Assembly (NCBI GenBank): GCA_021463645.1
Contig: JAJTYI010000006.1
Location: forward strand, 117,692 to 181,691
Direction of reading: 5' to 3'
DNA from: a bacterium
GTDB taxonomy: Bacteria > Patescibacteriota > Dojkabacteria > B142 > OLB20
Length of the DNA stretch: 64,000 nt
Below, piece by piece: positions 39,462-50,244 of this stretch; the first letter of the stretch is position 1, and each line of letters opens with the position of its first letter. The notes beneath the pieces are model-generated. The model was not told the DNA's origin. It saw only the letters and a program-made list of their open reading frames with translations, and did not search any database. The translations under genes and the position numbers were made by a program.

Positions 39462-41165
39462 TTATCTAATTTCGCCCAACTCCTGACTTAACTCCTGCAA
39501 CTTATCCAAAGCAGAATCGTCATCAGAATTTCGAAGCGCATTTAGCTGTCTTTTAATAAACAGCTTTCTTAATCTGTTCACGCTGGTCTCAAGTTCTTTC
39601 TCAAATTCTTCTTTGTGTCCGAATACTTCGATATCACTCATCTTGACGTTAACGAATATATCTTCGAACTCCGATGGAATTGTTTTATCCTTTATGACGA
39701 GGTCGAATAGGGTAGTATTGTTTTCGTTTTGAAATAGTTTCACGGGGTCGAGATTTTTCGCTAATTCTTTCCACTGAATATGTTGCACCAGAAGTGCCAA
39801 CAAATATGTCTCTTCATCCAATTTGAAAACTCGTTTGATCGGCAACGGTTTATTCTCTTGCGTATTAAAATTTTGACCCGCAGGTAGTTTCTTCAATTGA
39901 TCAAGCAAAGTATCTCTATCAACATTTGATTTTTTGGAAAGTTTTTCAATATAGTCGGATATCTCAATATCGTTTTCGATTTTGGTGATGTATGTCAATA
40001 TTTGTTTTACAAACACTGATTTTTGGCGACTATCTTCAAGATTGTAATTTTTTGAAAGCGTTTTAATCAGAAAATCGACAACTGGTTTTGCTTTTGAGAC
40101 GATTTTTTGCCAATCACCCCCACTAGTTATCATCTCGTCGACATCTTGATATTCTCCAATATCAATCGCGAGTGTTTGAAGTCCGACTTTTTCGGCAAGT
40201 TCGAGAGATCTCAGAAGCGCTCTTTGACCAGCACTGTCAGTATCAAAAGATAAATAGATCTTTGAACAATATCGCTTAAGAAGTTTTAACTGGTCTTCCG
40301 TGAGTGCAGTTCCAAGTGGTGCGACGATATTTTTCACACCTGCTTGATAAGACGAAATAATATCGATGTTTCCCTCAACGATTATTGCGAAATCTTCTTT
40401 TCTAACAGTCTCTTTCGCTTGATACAATCCGTAGAGAAGTTTACTTTTGTTGTAAACTGGGGTTTCGGGTGAATTTAAGTATTTTGGTCCTTTTTCGTTT
40501 TTATCAATCGCCCGACCACTAAATCCGACAATCTCTCCCTGATGGTCCATGATAGGGAACATCAGACGATTCCTAAATTTGTCATAAATTCGGTTGTTTT
40601 TCTCAACTAATAATCCCCAATCAACAAGATCTCTAAGCTCAAAACCTCTCTTCAAAAGGAAATTCTTAAGATTTTCAAAACCAACGGGAGCGAAACCAAG
40701 TTTGTAGGTTTCGATAGAGTGGGCTGTGAGTTTCCTCTTTTTGGCGTAATCGCGAGCAATTTTGCCGTTCTTATGTTTGGTCAGAAGATAATTGAAATAT
40801 TGGGCTGTTAATGTGTTTGCCTCAAGGATTTTTTGTTTTTTAGCGCGTTCTTTAGCTAACTTAGGATTGGTATTTTTCACAAGTGTGATACCCACTCTTT
40901 TGGCAGCATTTTCCAATGCGTGTGGAAAATCTAACCCTTCTATCTTTTCAATGAATTTAATCGCATCACCACCTTCGCCACAACCAAAGCACTTAAACAT
41001 ACCAAGCTCAGAATTTACCGAAAATGATGGGGATTTCTCTTGATGGAATGGGCATAGTCCAAAATAGTTTCTACCGGATTTCTTGAGCGAGGGGACATAT
41101 TCCTGGACAACTGAAACTATGTCCAGTCTTTCTTTTATTTCTTCAATTTGGCTTCGATCTGACAT
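39462..41165 (-). CDS. dnaG: DNA primase
   Basis: CPFHQEKSPSF, CFGC, FRNRLMFPI, PKYLNSPET, TOPRIM EG..D and FDTD. Confidence 0.98.
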   Translation of the reverse strand: MSDRSQIEEIKERLDIVSVVQEYVPSLKKSGRNYFGLCPFHQEKSPSFSVNSELGMFKCFGCGEGGDAIKFIEKIEGLDFPHALENAAKRVGITLVKNTNPKLAKERAKKQKILEANTLTAQYFNYLLTKHKNGKIARDYAKKRKLTAHSIETYKLGFAPVGFENLKNFLLKRGFELRDLVDWGLLVEKNNRIYDKFRNRLMFPIMDHQGEIVGFSGRAIDKNEKGPKYLNSPETPVYNKSKLLYGLYQAKETVRKEDFAIIVEGNIDIISSYQAGVKNIVAPLGTALTEDQLKLLKRYCSKIYLSFDTDSAGQRALLRSLELAEKVGLQTLAIDIGEYQDVDEMITSGGDWQKIVSKAKPVVDFLIKTLSKNYNLEDSRQKSVFVKQILTYITKIENDIEISDYIEKLSKKSNVDRDTLLDQLKKLPAGQNFNTQENKPLPIKRVFKLDEETYLLALLVQHIQWKELAKNLDPVKLFQNENNTTLFDLVIKDKTIPSEFEDIFVNVKMSDIEVFGHKEEFEKELETSVNRLRKLFIKRQLNALRNSDDDSALDKLQELSQELGEIR

Positions 41166-41268
41166 TATTCAGGCTTTAATATGCTAATTTTAGCACGTGC
41201 ACAAAATGTTGGGATTAAACACAGCGAGAAATAGAATATAAATTGATAATCAGCTATAATCTGGAGTT

Positions 41269-43179
41269 ATGGATAAAGATAATCAATCAAAAAAAGTGGC
41301 GTTCTACAAAGATTCCACACATAAATTACTTGAACCAAATGCTTGGGATAAAGCAAAAGTTGTAGAGACAGAAATCTCTCGTATTTTGTCGGATACGTTG
41401 AACAACTGGAATAATGAAATCTCAGATTCTGAAATCCAATTATCAATACCAACAGAGCGGACTCATGGTGACTTTATGACAAATGTCGCTTTCCAATTAG
41501 CAGGGAAATTACATAGAAATCCGAAAGAAATCGCTAGTGAGATTATTGCAGAATTAGAAAAATCTACCGAACTGAAAGAATTTGTTGAGAAGATTGAACA
41601 AGCAGGTGCAGGGTTTATTAATTTCAGAGTAAGAAAATCAGTATTAATCAAACTAGTCAAAAATACTGTGAGTGATATTGATGAACAACTAGGAGTTCTT
41701 AAAGGGAAGAAGATAATGTTCGAATATGGCCATCCAAATCCATTCAAAATGATTCATATCGGCCATTTACGGAATTTTGTACTTGGAGAGTCTTTGATTA
41801 GAACACTTGAATATTTAGGGGCAGAGGTTATTAGAACAAATTATCAGGGTGATGTAGGAATGCATGTTGCAAAATCTGTATGGGGAATGAAGGAAAAATT
41901 AAAAAACGAGGAATTAAAGATAGAGGAGGTTTCTGAGTGGGAGTTAGGTCAGAGGGTGAAATTTATCGGAGAAGCATACGTCATAGGTGCAGCGGCATAC
42001 GAGAATGACGAAGTTAAAAAAGCCGAAATCCAGCAAATTAATACTGTAGTCTACACAGTAGTTCAAGAAGAACTTATCGGAAAGACAAATTGGACACCAA
42101 CGAAGAAATATTCTGATTTTTTAACTTCCGAAAATGACTTAGAAGAGATAAAAACACTTTGGGAACTGGGCAAACAATGGAGTTTAGACGAATTTCATAG
42201 AATATACGATATTTTGTATTCGAGCTTTGATCGTGAATATATGGAATCCGAGACTTTGTACGAAAGTGACATAGCTGTCAAAGAAGCCCTAGAAAAAGGT
42301 GTTTTGGAGAAAAGTGAAGGTGCTGTGGTATTCAAGGGTGAAAAATATGGACTTGATACTCGAGTGTTTATTAACTCTTTGGGATTGCCCACATATGAAG
42401 GTAAAGAGCTCGGATTGGCAAATCTGGAATTTACAGATTTTGGAGAGATAGATTTATGTATTCACAACGTTGCGATTGAACAAATTAGTTTCTTTAAGGT
42501 CACATTTAAAACTGAATCACTTTTAAATCCAGAAAAATTTGCTGGGAAACAGTACCATAATGCCTACGAATTTGTTGGACTGAAAAGTGGAAAAATGTCG
42601 TCACGAAAGGGTAGTGTGGTTCTTGCGAAAGATATTATCAACGAAGCGAAAGAAATGCTGAAACCTTACTTGGAAAATCGCGAAATGTCAGAAAGTGAGA
42701 AAGAAGACACATTACAAAAGATAGCGGTGGGTGCTATTAAATATTCGTTCTTAAGCATAAGTGCCTTTAAATATCTAGCATTTGATTTGGAGACAAGTGT
42801 CAATATGGAAGGGAATTCTGGTCCTTATGTTATGTATACATTCGCCCGAGCAAATAAAATCGTTAGAGATGCGAGAAGTCACTTTGAAGAAGGTGATTTA
42901 TCTTTATTGACGAATCCAGAGGAAGTCGATTTGATGAGAGTATTGGCAACTTTCCAGACACAGGTAATCGAAACAGCTAAAAACCTATCCCCGAACACGC
43001 TATGTAATTATGTTTATGACTTGGCACAAACTTTCAATGTGTTCTACAAAAAATATCCAATTCTTACGGAGAAAGACGAAAACATTAGGGATGCAAGGAT
43101 TAATCTTACAGAAAGTACAGCGAAAGTTCTTCGAAAAAGCTTAGAATTATTAGGTATCAAGACGGTAGAGAAGATGTAA
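41269..43179 (+). CDS. argS: Arginyl-tRNA synthetase
   Basis: PNPFKMIHIGHLRN, KMSSRKG, GNSGPYVMY, C-terminal EKM. Confidence 0.96.
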   Translation: MDKDNQSKKVAFYKDSTHKLLEPNAWDKAKVVETEISRILSDTLNNWNNEISDSEIQLSIPTERTHGDFMTNVAFQLAGKLHRNPKEIASEIIAELEKSTELKEFVEKIEQAGAGFINFRVRKSVLIKLVKNTVSDIDEQLGVLKGKKIMFEYGHPNPFKMIHIGHLRNFVLGESLIRTLEYLGAEVIRTNYQGDVGMHVAKSVWGMKEKLKNEELKIEEVSEWELGQRVKFIGEAYVIGAAAYENDEVKKAEIQQINTVVYTVVQEELIGKTNWTPTKKYSDFLTSENDLEEIKTLWELGKQWSLDEFHRIYDILYSSFDREYMESETLYESDIAVKEALEKGVLEKSEGAVVFKGEKYGLDTRVFINSLGLPTYEGKELGLANLEFTDFGEIDLCIHNVAIEQISFFKVTFKTESLLNPEKFAGKQYHNAYEFVGLKSGKMSSRKGSVVLAKDIINEAKEMLKPYLENREMSESEKEDTLQKIAVGAIKYSFLSISAFKYLAFDLETSVNMEGNSGPYVMYTFARANKIVRDARSHFEEGDLSLLTNPEEVDLMRVLATFQTQVIETAKNLSPNTLCNYVYDLAQTFNVFYKKYPILTEKDENIRDARINLTESTAKVLRKSLELLGIKTVEKM

Positions 43180-43187
43180 GGGGCGCA

Positions 43188-44963
43188 CTAAATAGTTTTT
43201 TCCGAATGTCTATTTTTGAAAGAATTTACTATCATACCTAAGAACAGGATTCCCGCTAATCCAATGAACCCAACTCCAACATAAATAACATATTGTGCAT
43301 TCTGGCTAATTACGGGGGGAATGTTTGCTGTTTGGATGCGAAGTGTTAACTCGTCAATTATTAACTCCAGTCTATTCTTATCAATTTTGGGGTATAGAAT
43401 TATTAATTCTTCGTGAGTTAATAATTCTGCACTCTCGACCATAGTTTCAATGGCGTCAATTTCGAACTGAGGTGCTTCTAGACCGACTTGTTTACCGTAA
43501 CTTGTGCGTTGAACTGAAGGTGGAGAATCTGGGTCGAGAGAGGCGATGTGAGTGTAAAAATGATTTAAGTCTCCTCCGATCAATGATGGTCCTGATTCAC
43601 CCCACGTAACATCAACACTTAACCACTCATTCATGCCTGGAAGATAGACCTGTACCCATTGATGTGCATCTTGTTGATTTTCTCCAATACGAGCATCATA
43701 GCCATATCCAAAAGCTGCCCTGGCAGGGATTCCTTGAGCTCTTGCCAATGTCAAAAACAAATCCGAATATTCCATACAAACTGCAGCGCCTCCTTGTAGA
43801 GTTTTCAACGCACCCTGTCTATCATTTATCCCAAAGCGTTTAATATCCGAATAGTCTATAGTGTCTACAATATGCGAATAGTTGGATTCAACAATAGAAT
43901 AAATATTTGTTTCTTCAGCTTTCAATTCATTAGCTTTGCTAATTATTTCTGGATTATCAACCTCCCAGAACTCAGCTGGCTGCAAATACTGTGAAAAAAT
44001 TGTGGAATCGATATCTGAAATTGTTCCGCTATTTTCAGGAGTTGCTTGTACTTCGACTTTGTCGACTTGTGCGTAACCCTCGATCAGAATAGTTTTATTT
44101 TCATGGCTAGGAATCTTAAATGTTGCGATTAAGTTCCCATCTTCGTCTTCAACAATTTGCTTTGGTAGCGGATCAAAAATTGTATAGAAAACTTTTTGTG
44201 TGGTTTCAGCTTCGTCAATATTTCTAGGTATCACTAGGTGGTATTCATTGGAGTACCCCTTGTTTATGGTGTCCGAAGCCATCACTTCTTGTTTGATGTT
44301 GAATTTATAATATTGTGTCTTTCCAATCTGAATCCATATTTTGCCTCCCACTAGACTCTCTTGTGAAATCTCATAAACAATAAACTCTCCGTCCGTGGTA
44401 GTATTGGCAGGGGAGGGGACTACAAAACCAACATCTCCGAGAGATTTATTAAGTCTTATTATAGTCTTGTAATTGTAACTAGTAGAATTGCTTTCGAATT
44501 GGTAGTTCTCACTAAAACCTGGGGCATATACATCTAAGAGAGCACCAGTTTTTTTAGACAGTCCTGTATTGGTGTATTCGATTTTAAATTGTTTTGATTG
44601 ACCAATTCCTATCGCTCCGTCATACGGAATATTGAGTTCGAGAGTATCAATCCCGGCATTCCCCTTGTTGTTTTGTACTAATCTGCCGTTAATGAAACTT
44701 TTTGCCGATAAAAACGAAGTAGTAAGCTGATCTGTGTTTTCACTTAGTACAATTATTTGGAAAGTTTCTGTATTGTCTGAAGATATAAGTCTATTTTGTG
44801 AAGCGTTCGTGATTTTCCTAGTCTCGGTAATGAAGATTTCGTTTGGAGAATTAATCTCGTAAATCTTTTCAATTTCTACATTAAAGTCAGCAGCAAATAC
44901 TTTTGCTTGAAAGCTAAAAAGAAAGAATATTGAAAATGCAATTATGAAAAATGCGAGCTTCAT
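43188..44963 (-). CDS. Secreted transglutaminase-like domain protein with C-terminal TM
   Basis: AVCMEYSDLF..LARAQGIPAR, HQWVQ, DVTW (Cys-His-Asp triad). Confidence 0.9.
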   Translation of the reverse strand: MKLAFFIIAFSIFFLFSFQAKVFAADFNVEIEKIYEINSPNEIFITETRKITNASQNRLISSDNTETFQIIVLSENTDQLTTSFLSAKSFINGRLVQNNKGNAGIDTLELNIPYDGAIGIGQSKQFKIEYTNTGLSKKTGALLDVYAPGFSENYQFESNSTSYNYKTIIRLNKSLGDVGFVVPSPANTTTDGEFIVYEISQESLVGGKIWIQIGKTQYYKFNIKQEVMASDTINKGYSNEYHLVIPRNIDEAETTQKVFYTIFDPLPKQIVEDEDGNLIATFKIPSHENKTILIEGYAQVDKVEVQATPENSGTISDIDSTIFSQYLQPAEFWEVDNPEIISKANELKAEETNIYSIVESNYSHIVDTIDYSDIKRFGINDRQGALKTLQGGAAVCMEYSDLFLTLARAQGIPARAAFGYGYDARIGENQQDAHQWVQVYLPGMNEWLSVDVTWGESGPSLIGGDLNHFYTHIASLDPDSPPSVQRTSYGKQVGLEAPQFEIDAIETMVESAELLTHEELIILYPKIDKNRLELIIDELTLRIQTANIPPVISQNAQYVIYVGVGFIGLAGILFLGMIVNSFKNRHSEKTI

Positions 44964-44999
44964 TTTTTCAAGCTAAGGAATATATTAAATAATATCAGG

Positions 45000-45103
45000 A
45001 AATCCACCCGAAGTTACAGAGAACTTAAATAACCGAAGTGTCATAATCTTCGTAAATACTTATTTCCAAGTCGTTTACAAGGGATTCGTAACAACCTGGA
45101 TTT
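45000..45103. ncRNA. Candidate rod-shaped structured RNA
   Basis: Nested inverted repeats AAATCCA/TGGATTT, GTTAC/GTAAC, ACTT/AAGT, AAATAA/TTATTT, CGAAG/CTTCG. Confidence 0.35.
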
Positions 45104-45208
45104 ATTTAATTTTAAATATTACATTTCTTAAAATAGTGAATACTTTCAGTATTTCAACTGTTATGTTAAATTTATGTACAATTATTGACTAAAATATTTA
45201 CCAATAGC

Positions 45209-47419
45209 ATGAGAAAAAGACGCAAGCCAAAACCAACTTATGACAGTGAAGAAACAAAAGTTGTTATCGGATTAATATTTTTGTTTATTTCAATAATTAT
45301 TACTTTAAGTTACTTTTTAACTGGACCATTATTTGTATTCGTTAAGTCGCTTAGTGGAACTGGTACAGCCCTACTTTCAGGATTCTTCTTGTTGTTCGCC
45401 TTGTATTTGTTCAAAGCGTCTATTCCTTTTGCTACAAAGCGTTCTGTGTTTGGGATGTTGCTCCTCACAGTATCCTTTTCTTCGATTATGGCTTCACTTT
45501 TCTCTTCATCTGGGGATGAAAGGGCACTAAAGTACGGTGGGTTAATAGGCTTCCATGTCTATAATTTCATCAACGAACGACTTTTTTTAAATTTCACTCC
45601 GGTATTTTTGGTTTTCGTAATGGCATTCTCTTTACCACTAGTAATGTCTGTCAGTTTTGTAGTCTTCTTTGAAAAAATCGGTCGTGGATTTAGTTGGTTA
45701 ATTGAAAAAATCAGAAAAGATAAAAGTGGCGACCCAGCTACTTTGTCACCATCCACTGAAATCAATACTTTTGGTGATTTTCGTAGACAAAACAACGTAC
45801 CAGTAAACAAAGTCACAGATGTTAGCGATAAAGAACAAGACAAGCCACAGTCTGTAGCTAAAATGTCTGGGGACAAACAGTCTGGGCCGAAAGTCGCAAT
45901 TGTAGAAAAATCCGTAGAAGGAGCGTTTGTAAACGAAGAGTTACTTTATCCTAATTGGAAATTACCTCCTGCTGATATCTTAGATTCATTCAAAAAGAAG
46001 AAACCATCACAAGCCAACATCAATAAAAATGCAGACATTATCGAACAAACGCTTAAAAGTTTTGGGGTAAAAGCAAGTGTGGTTGATGTGTTAATCGGGC
46101 CTACTGTTACGCAGTACGCTTTGGATATTGCATTAGGAACAAAAGTTAATAAAATCTCTAATCTTAGTAATGACTTGGCACTCGCTCTTGCAACAAGTGC
46201 AAATTCTCTTCGTATTGAAGCACCAATTCCTGGGACAAGCTATGTAGGAGTGGAGATTCCAAACGAGGACAGAGAGACAGTATATGCGAGAGAAATTTTA
46301 AGCGATGAGAAGTTATTAAATGGACAATATAGATTGCCGTTAGGAATAGGAATTAACTTGAAAGGTGAGGATATTTACACAGATTTACAAAAAATGCCTC
46401 ATATCCTAGTTGCTGGAGCTACTGGGTCTGGAAAATCAGTGTTGACTAACGGCTTCATCGTGAGTCTTTTGATGTCTCGAACACCTGATGAAGTTAAATT
46501 TATAATGATTGATCCTAAACAAGTAGAACTATCCGATTATAACGGAATTCCACATCTATTGACCCCTGTAATTACAGAGATGGATAAGGTTATTAATGCA
46601 TTGAAGTGGGCAATTGCGGAAATGGAACGAAGATACACGATTTTCAAAGATGCTAAAGTGAGAAATATTGAGGCATATAACAAGCAAATGGGTTTTAGCG
46701 CAATTCCTTACATTGTACTTGTGGTGGACGAAATGGCTGACATGATGATGTCGACCAACAGGGTTGAAACAGAAGCTGCAATCGTCAGATTGGCACAAAA
46801 AGCCAGAGCAACAGGACTTCATCTAATTTTAGCAACACAAAGACCTTCCGTTGATGTCATCACCGGATTAATAAAGGCAAATATTCCTTGTAGAATTGGA
46901 ATGAGCGTTACTACACAAATCGACTCCAGAGTTATACTTGACCACATTGGTGCTGAATCACTACTTGGAATGGGTGACCTACTCTACAAAGATCCGACTT
47001 TTAGCAAAGCAGCTAGATTACAAGGTTTTTGGATTTCTTCCGAAGAGATTCAGCGAGTTGTTAAGTATATCAAAGATCAAGTTTCTGAAGTTGAATACAC
47101 CAAAGAAGTGGTCGAAGCACAGAAAGACCCCAATGCACCAGTAAACGAAGCGGGAGATCTTTCTGATGATGACCAATTTGCAAACGCAGTTAGAGTAATT
47201 GTTAACTCACAGAAAGGATCTGCATCATTACTTCAGCGCAAGTTAAAACTTGGCTACAATCGAGCTGCAAGGCTTCTTGACGAACTAGAGGAATATGGAG
47301 TAGTTAGTGCACCCAATGGCTCCAAACCCAGAGATGTACTTATTTCAGATGCAGAAGAATTTCTACGTTCAATGGGGAGCTCAGAAAGTATGGCTGGTGA
47401 TACTGATACACAGGTTTAA
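45209..47419 (+). CDS. ftsK: DNA translocase FtsK/SpoIIIE
   Basis: N-terminal TMs, PHILVAGATGSGKS, VDEMAD, ATQRPS, gamma domain LQRKLKLGYNRAARL. Confidence 0.97.
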   Translation: MRKRRKPKPTYDSEETKVVIGLIFLFISIIITLSYFLTGPLFVFVKSLSGTGTALLSGFFLLFALYLFKASIPFATKRSVFGMLLLTVSFSSIMASLFSSSGDERALKYGGLIGFHVYNFINERLFLNFTPVFLVFVMAFSLPLVMSVSFVVFFEKIGRGFSWLIEKIRKDKSGDPATLSPSTEINTFGDFRRQNNVPVNKVTDVSDKEQDKPQSVAKMSGDKQSGPKVAIVEKSVEGAFVNEELLYPNWKLPPADILDSFKKKKPSQANINKNADIIEQTLKSFGVKASVVDVLIGPTVTQYALDIALGTKVNKISNLSNDLALALATSANSLRIEAPIPGTSYVGVEIPNEDRETVYAREILSDEKLLNGQYRLPLGIGINLKGEDIYTDLQKMPHILVAGATGSGKSVLTNGFIVSLLMSRTPDEVKFIMIDPKQVELSDYNGIPHLLTPVITEMDKVINALKWAIAEMERRYTIFKDAKVRNIEAYNKQMGFSAIPYIVLVVDEMADMMMSTNRVETEAAIVRLAQKARATGLHLILATQRPSVDVITGLIKANIPCRIGMSVTTQIDSRVILDHIGAESLLGMGDLLYKDPTFSKAARLQGFWISSEEIQRVVKYIKDQVSEVEYTKEVVEAQKDPNAPVNEAGDLSDDDQFANAVRVIVNSQKGSASLLQRKLKLGYNRAARLLDELEEYGVVSAPNGSKPRDVLISDAEEFLRSMGSSESMAGDTDTQV

Positions 47420-47449
47420 ATATCCCAAAAAACCAATTTGAAACTATTT

Positions 47450-48394
47450 TTATGATGCTTGTGGTAATGGAGAATTTGCCACTGGTTGAGGCGAGACTTC
47501 ACTAGGCTCTAACTTTATCGGTTCCGGTAAAGTTGTTGCAGGCGATAATGGATCATAGTTTGCAGGAAGTTCCTCTGGAGTAGCAAACTCGATTTTCTCG
47601 GTATTTTTTGGATTAGCTTTGGTGATTTGTTCTTTGTTTTGTATTGGTTTTTCTGTAACTTTTATAGGTTTAGCAAGTGGTGCTTTCTGCGGATTGGTAA
47701 CTCTATCGTTAGACTTTTCTTTCATAACTGGTTTTGTTGGTTCTGTATTGGATTTCTCTGATACCTTAAATAATTCAGCCGCGACTTGAAAAGTTTCTGA
47801 AGTTATTTTGGTTGTGAAATTCTCCGTTGAATTGCGTAGGGCTAAAAGCAATGTCTCCGCATTGGATTCGGAAATCTTATATTTTGTCTTTTTAATAAAA
47901 TTGAAAATTGTTAGGGGTATGTTTTCGTCATTATTTTCATCATACAAATATACACCTGTGCCTGAGAAAATAGTCGAATCACTATAGCCTGAAAGAGTCT
48001 CCAGTTCTCCTTTCTTCACTTGTACGAATATTCTGAGATCGTAATTTTGGTTTGTATGTGTAATAGAGATATCGGGTGATCCAATTTCGCCATTTTGGCT
48101 AGTTAACTTAATAGTTAGCTCCTCGTTTTCTTGCTCCCAATCCAGGTGAGTCACTGTGGACTTTATATTATCAAGTTTAACAATGAGTTCGTTTTTTGAA
48201 TTTGTATCGTTGATAATTTTCTCATCATCTTTGAAAATATCGATTGATTTACTAATTGTCTCGTCAATGTAATAACTTACAGTTTTTCCGTTTTCTGTAA
48301 GTGTTCTACCAAGTGCTAGTATAGATAAAACAACTGAAGGATCTGAAGTTTGTTTTGGAATGATAAGAATTGATTGCGCTTTAATTACATCCAT
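47450..48394 (-). CDS. Degenerate DHH/NrnA-like fold protein with Pro-rich tail
   Basis: AQSILII...D....SILAL...L...GKTVS and AETLLLAL...TENF...TSETFQVAAEL resemble DHH phosphoesterases; no DHH triplet. Confidence 0.5.
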   Translation of the reverse strand: MDVIKAQSILIIPKQTSDPSVVLSILALGRTLTENGKTVSYYIDETISKSIDIFKDDEKIINDTNSKNELIVKLDNIKSTVTHLDWEQENEELTIKLTSQNGEIGSPDISITHTNQNYDLRIFVQVKKGELETLSGYSDSTIFSGTGVYLYDENNDENIPLTIFNFIKKTKYKISESNAETLLLALRNSTENFTTKITSETFQVAAELFKVSEKSNTEPTKPVMKEKSNDRVTNPQKAPLAKPIKVTEKPIQNKEQITKANPKNTEKIEFATPEELPANYDPLSPATTLPEPIKLEPSEVSPQPVANSPLPQAS

Positions 48395-48447
48395 AATTTT
48401 GAAGAATTACGTTCGTAAATATAAGTACTGGATATAACTGATGGGCA

Positions 48448-50151
48448 ATGATATATTTTAGCAATATCGGTTTCTATAAAGCAAATATGAAATTATCTAA
48501 ATTCCGAAAAGTATTTAAGAGAGCCAAGAAACAGCACAAAAGGTTCTTCTTCGCTATATCTGTGTGTACCTTTCTTTTACTTGTATACCTGGCAGGTGTT
48601 ATCTTTGGTGTTGATCAGTATTTAATAAAAACACCTCTTGAAGGCAGGGTGGTTTCAAACGATGGTGATGATATTTCCGGTGCAGAAGTAATACTCCAGG
48701 GGCAGAAAACAATAACTGACAAAAATGGTAGTTTTAGGTTTGAGGATGTGAAATTTGGTACATACGAAATAGTAGTCGATACGAATGGTTATGTAAGGTA
48801 TGTCGAAAAGGTAAAAATAGAGCGATTCTCAAACTATGTAGACATTTCGATGAGGGCCCAAGAATATGGGGAGGTTAATTTAACCTTCAAAACAGACCGA
48901 ACACAAGACAAAGTTCTCAACGTAAAAATTAATAACCAACCATTCACTGTCCAAACTCTCACAGATAAATTCGTTGTAGAATCAGGAAGATTACTTGTAG
49001 GAAATTATTTATTAGAAATGAATTCTCCTGACTATGTGGACTTTAGTGAGAAATTCAATTTAGATTCTGGTAAATCAGAAATGGTTTATGACTTAGAGCC
49101 TTCAGGTGATGTAGTTGCGGAATTTAGAAATTATTTATCAGAAGACATAGTCGAACCAGGAGAAATCATCGTAACAATGGATGAGCAGATTGTTGTTATA
49201 CCAGAAATTGAAACCCCGGGGAAGTTAGAAATGAGAGACATGGAAATAGGCAAAGAATATAAGATTCAATTAAAGTTATCAGGATATCTTGACAGAGAGG
49301 TAGAATTCGTTCCAACGCAAGGGTTAAATTCTCTTGGGAATGTTTTTATGTTCGTTGATGAAAGTGTAATTTATACTGATCGGGGTAAAATCGTTTCATC
49401 ATTTATAGATGGTTCTAATAGGAAGGAGCTCTATGATTTTACAGATAAATGTAGAATAAGTCTCATAAAAGGCCAGTATTCGGTCTTCTCCTGTAGCTCA
49501 AACTTCTTACTCTTTGAGAAGAAGGGTAATGAATATAATTTAATTCGAGAATATGTAATAACGGGTAGTAAATATGATCTTAATACTCAAAATTTACATA
49601 TGTTAGCTCTAAGTGCGGATCTGAAATCTATACAACAAATACATTCATCTATTAACACCACGGATTTGTATAAACATAACAAAGAAATTGACTCCGTTGT
49701 AGTAGATTCGAAAGGTATTGTATATTTTTCAGATAATGAAGCAGTGTACAAATTAATCGGTTCAGAAATTGAAAAGATGGTTGATGGTAATTATAGACTC
49801 GACAAAGTTTCTCCAGATAATACTACAATCTTAGCATTTGGAAATCGATCATCAGGACAAAGCAATATTTGGAAATTAGAAACAACTAAGAAGACTGCTA
49901 CCAAGATTACTTTCTTACCAAATGATTACAATTCATTGGGTTTTGAAGGTAATGATAAAATTTATTATCAAGTGAAAAATGAGTTATTTTTAGGATCGAT
50001 AAATCAAAATAACTTTACAAAAATTTCTGAAGGAATTGATTATTATTGGTTAAACGAAGGTAGTAACTTCTTTATGGTAATGGCAGATAATTCAGTTCAA
50101 TTTGTTTCCAAGACGAATTACAACAAAAAACCAATCTTCGCAAATGAATAG
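48448..50151 (+). CDS. Membrane-anchored surface protein (carboxypeptidase-regulatory/PEGA-like repeats plus propeller-like region)
   Basis: TM, GRVV...ISGAEV...TDKNGSFRF..V..GTYEI...GY. Confidence 0.75.
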   Translation: MIYFSNIGFYKANMKLSKFRKVFKRAKKQHKRFFFAISVCTFLLLVYLAGVIFGVDQYLIKTPLEGRVVSNDGDDISGAEVILQGQKTITDKNGSFRFEDVKFGTYEIVVDTNGYVRYVEKVKIERFSNYVDISMRAQEYGEVNLTFKTDRTQDKVLNVKINNQPFTVQTLTDKFVVESGRLLVGNYLLEMNSPDYVDFSEKFNLDSGKSEMVYDLEPSGDVVAEFRNYLSEDIVEPGEIIVTMDEQIVVIPEIETPGKLEMRDMEIGKEYKIQLKLSGYLDREVEFVPTQGLNSLGNVFMFVDESVIYTDRGKIVSSFIDGSNRKELYDFTDKCRISLIKGQYSVFSCSSNFLLFEKKGNEYNLIREYVITGSKYDLNTQNLHMLALSADLKSIQQIHSSINTTDLYKHNKEIDSVVVDSKGIVYFSDNEAVYKLIGSEIEKMVDGNYRLDKVSPDNTTILAFGNRSSGQSNIWKLETTKKTATKITFLPNDYNSLGFEGNDKIYYQVKNELFLGSINQNNFTKISEGIDYYWLNEGSNFFMVMADNSVQFVSKTNYNKKPIFANE

Positions 50152-50244
50152 CTAATGACTGTCAGGAGCAAATATACAATAATCTGACATCCGTTTGCTA
50201 TCATAAAAATATGAGTATAGAATGTTGGTATATCAATTTTCACC

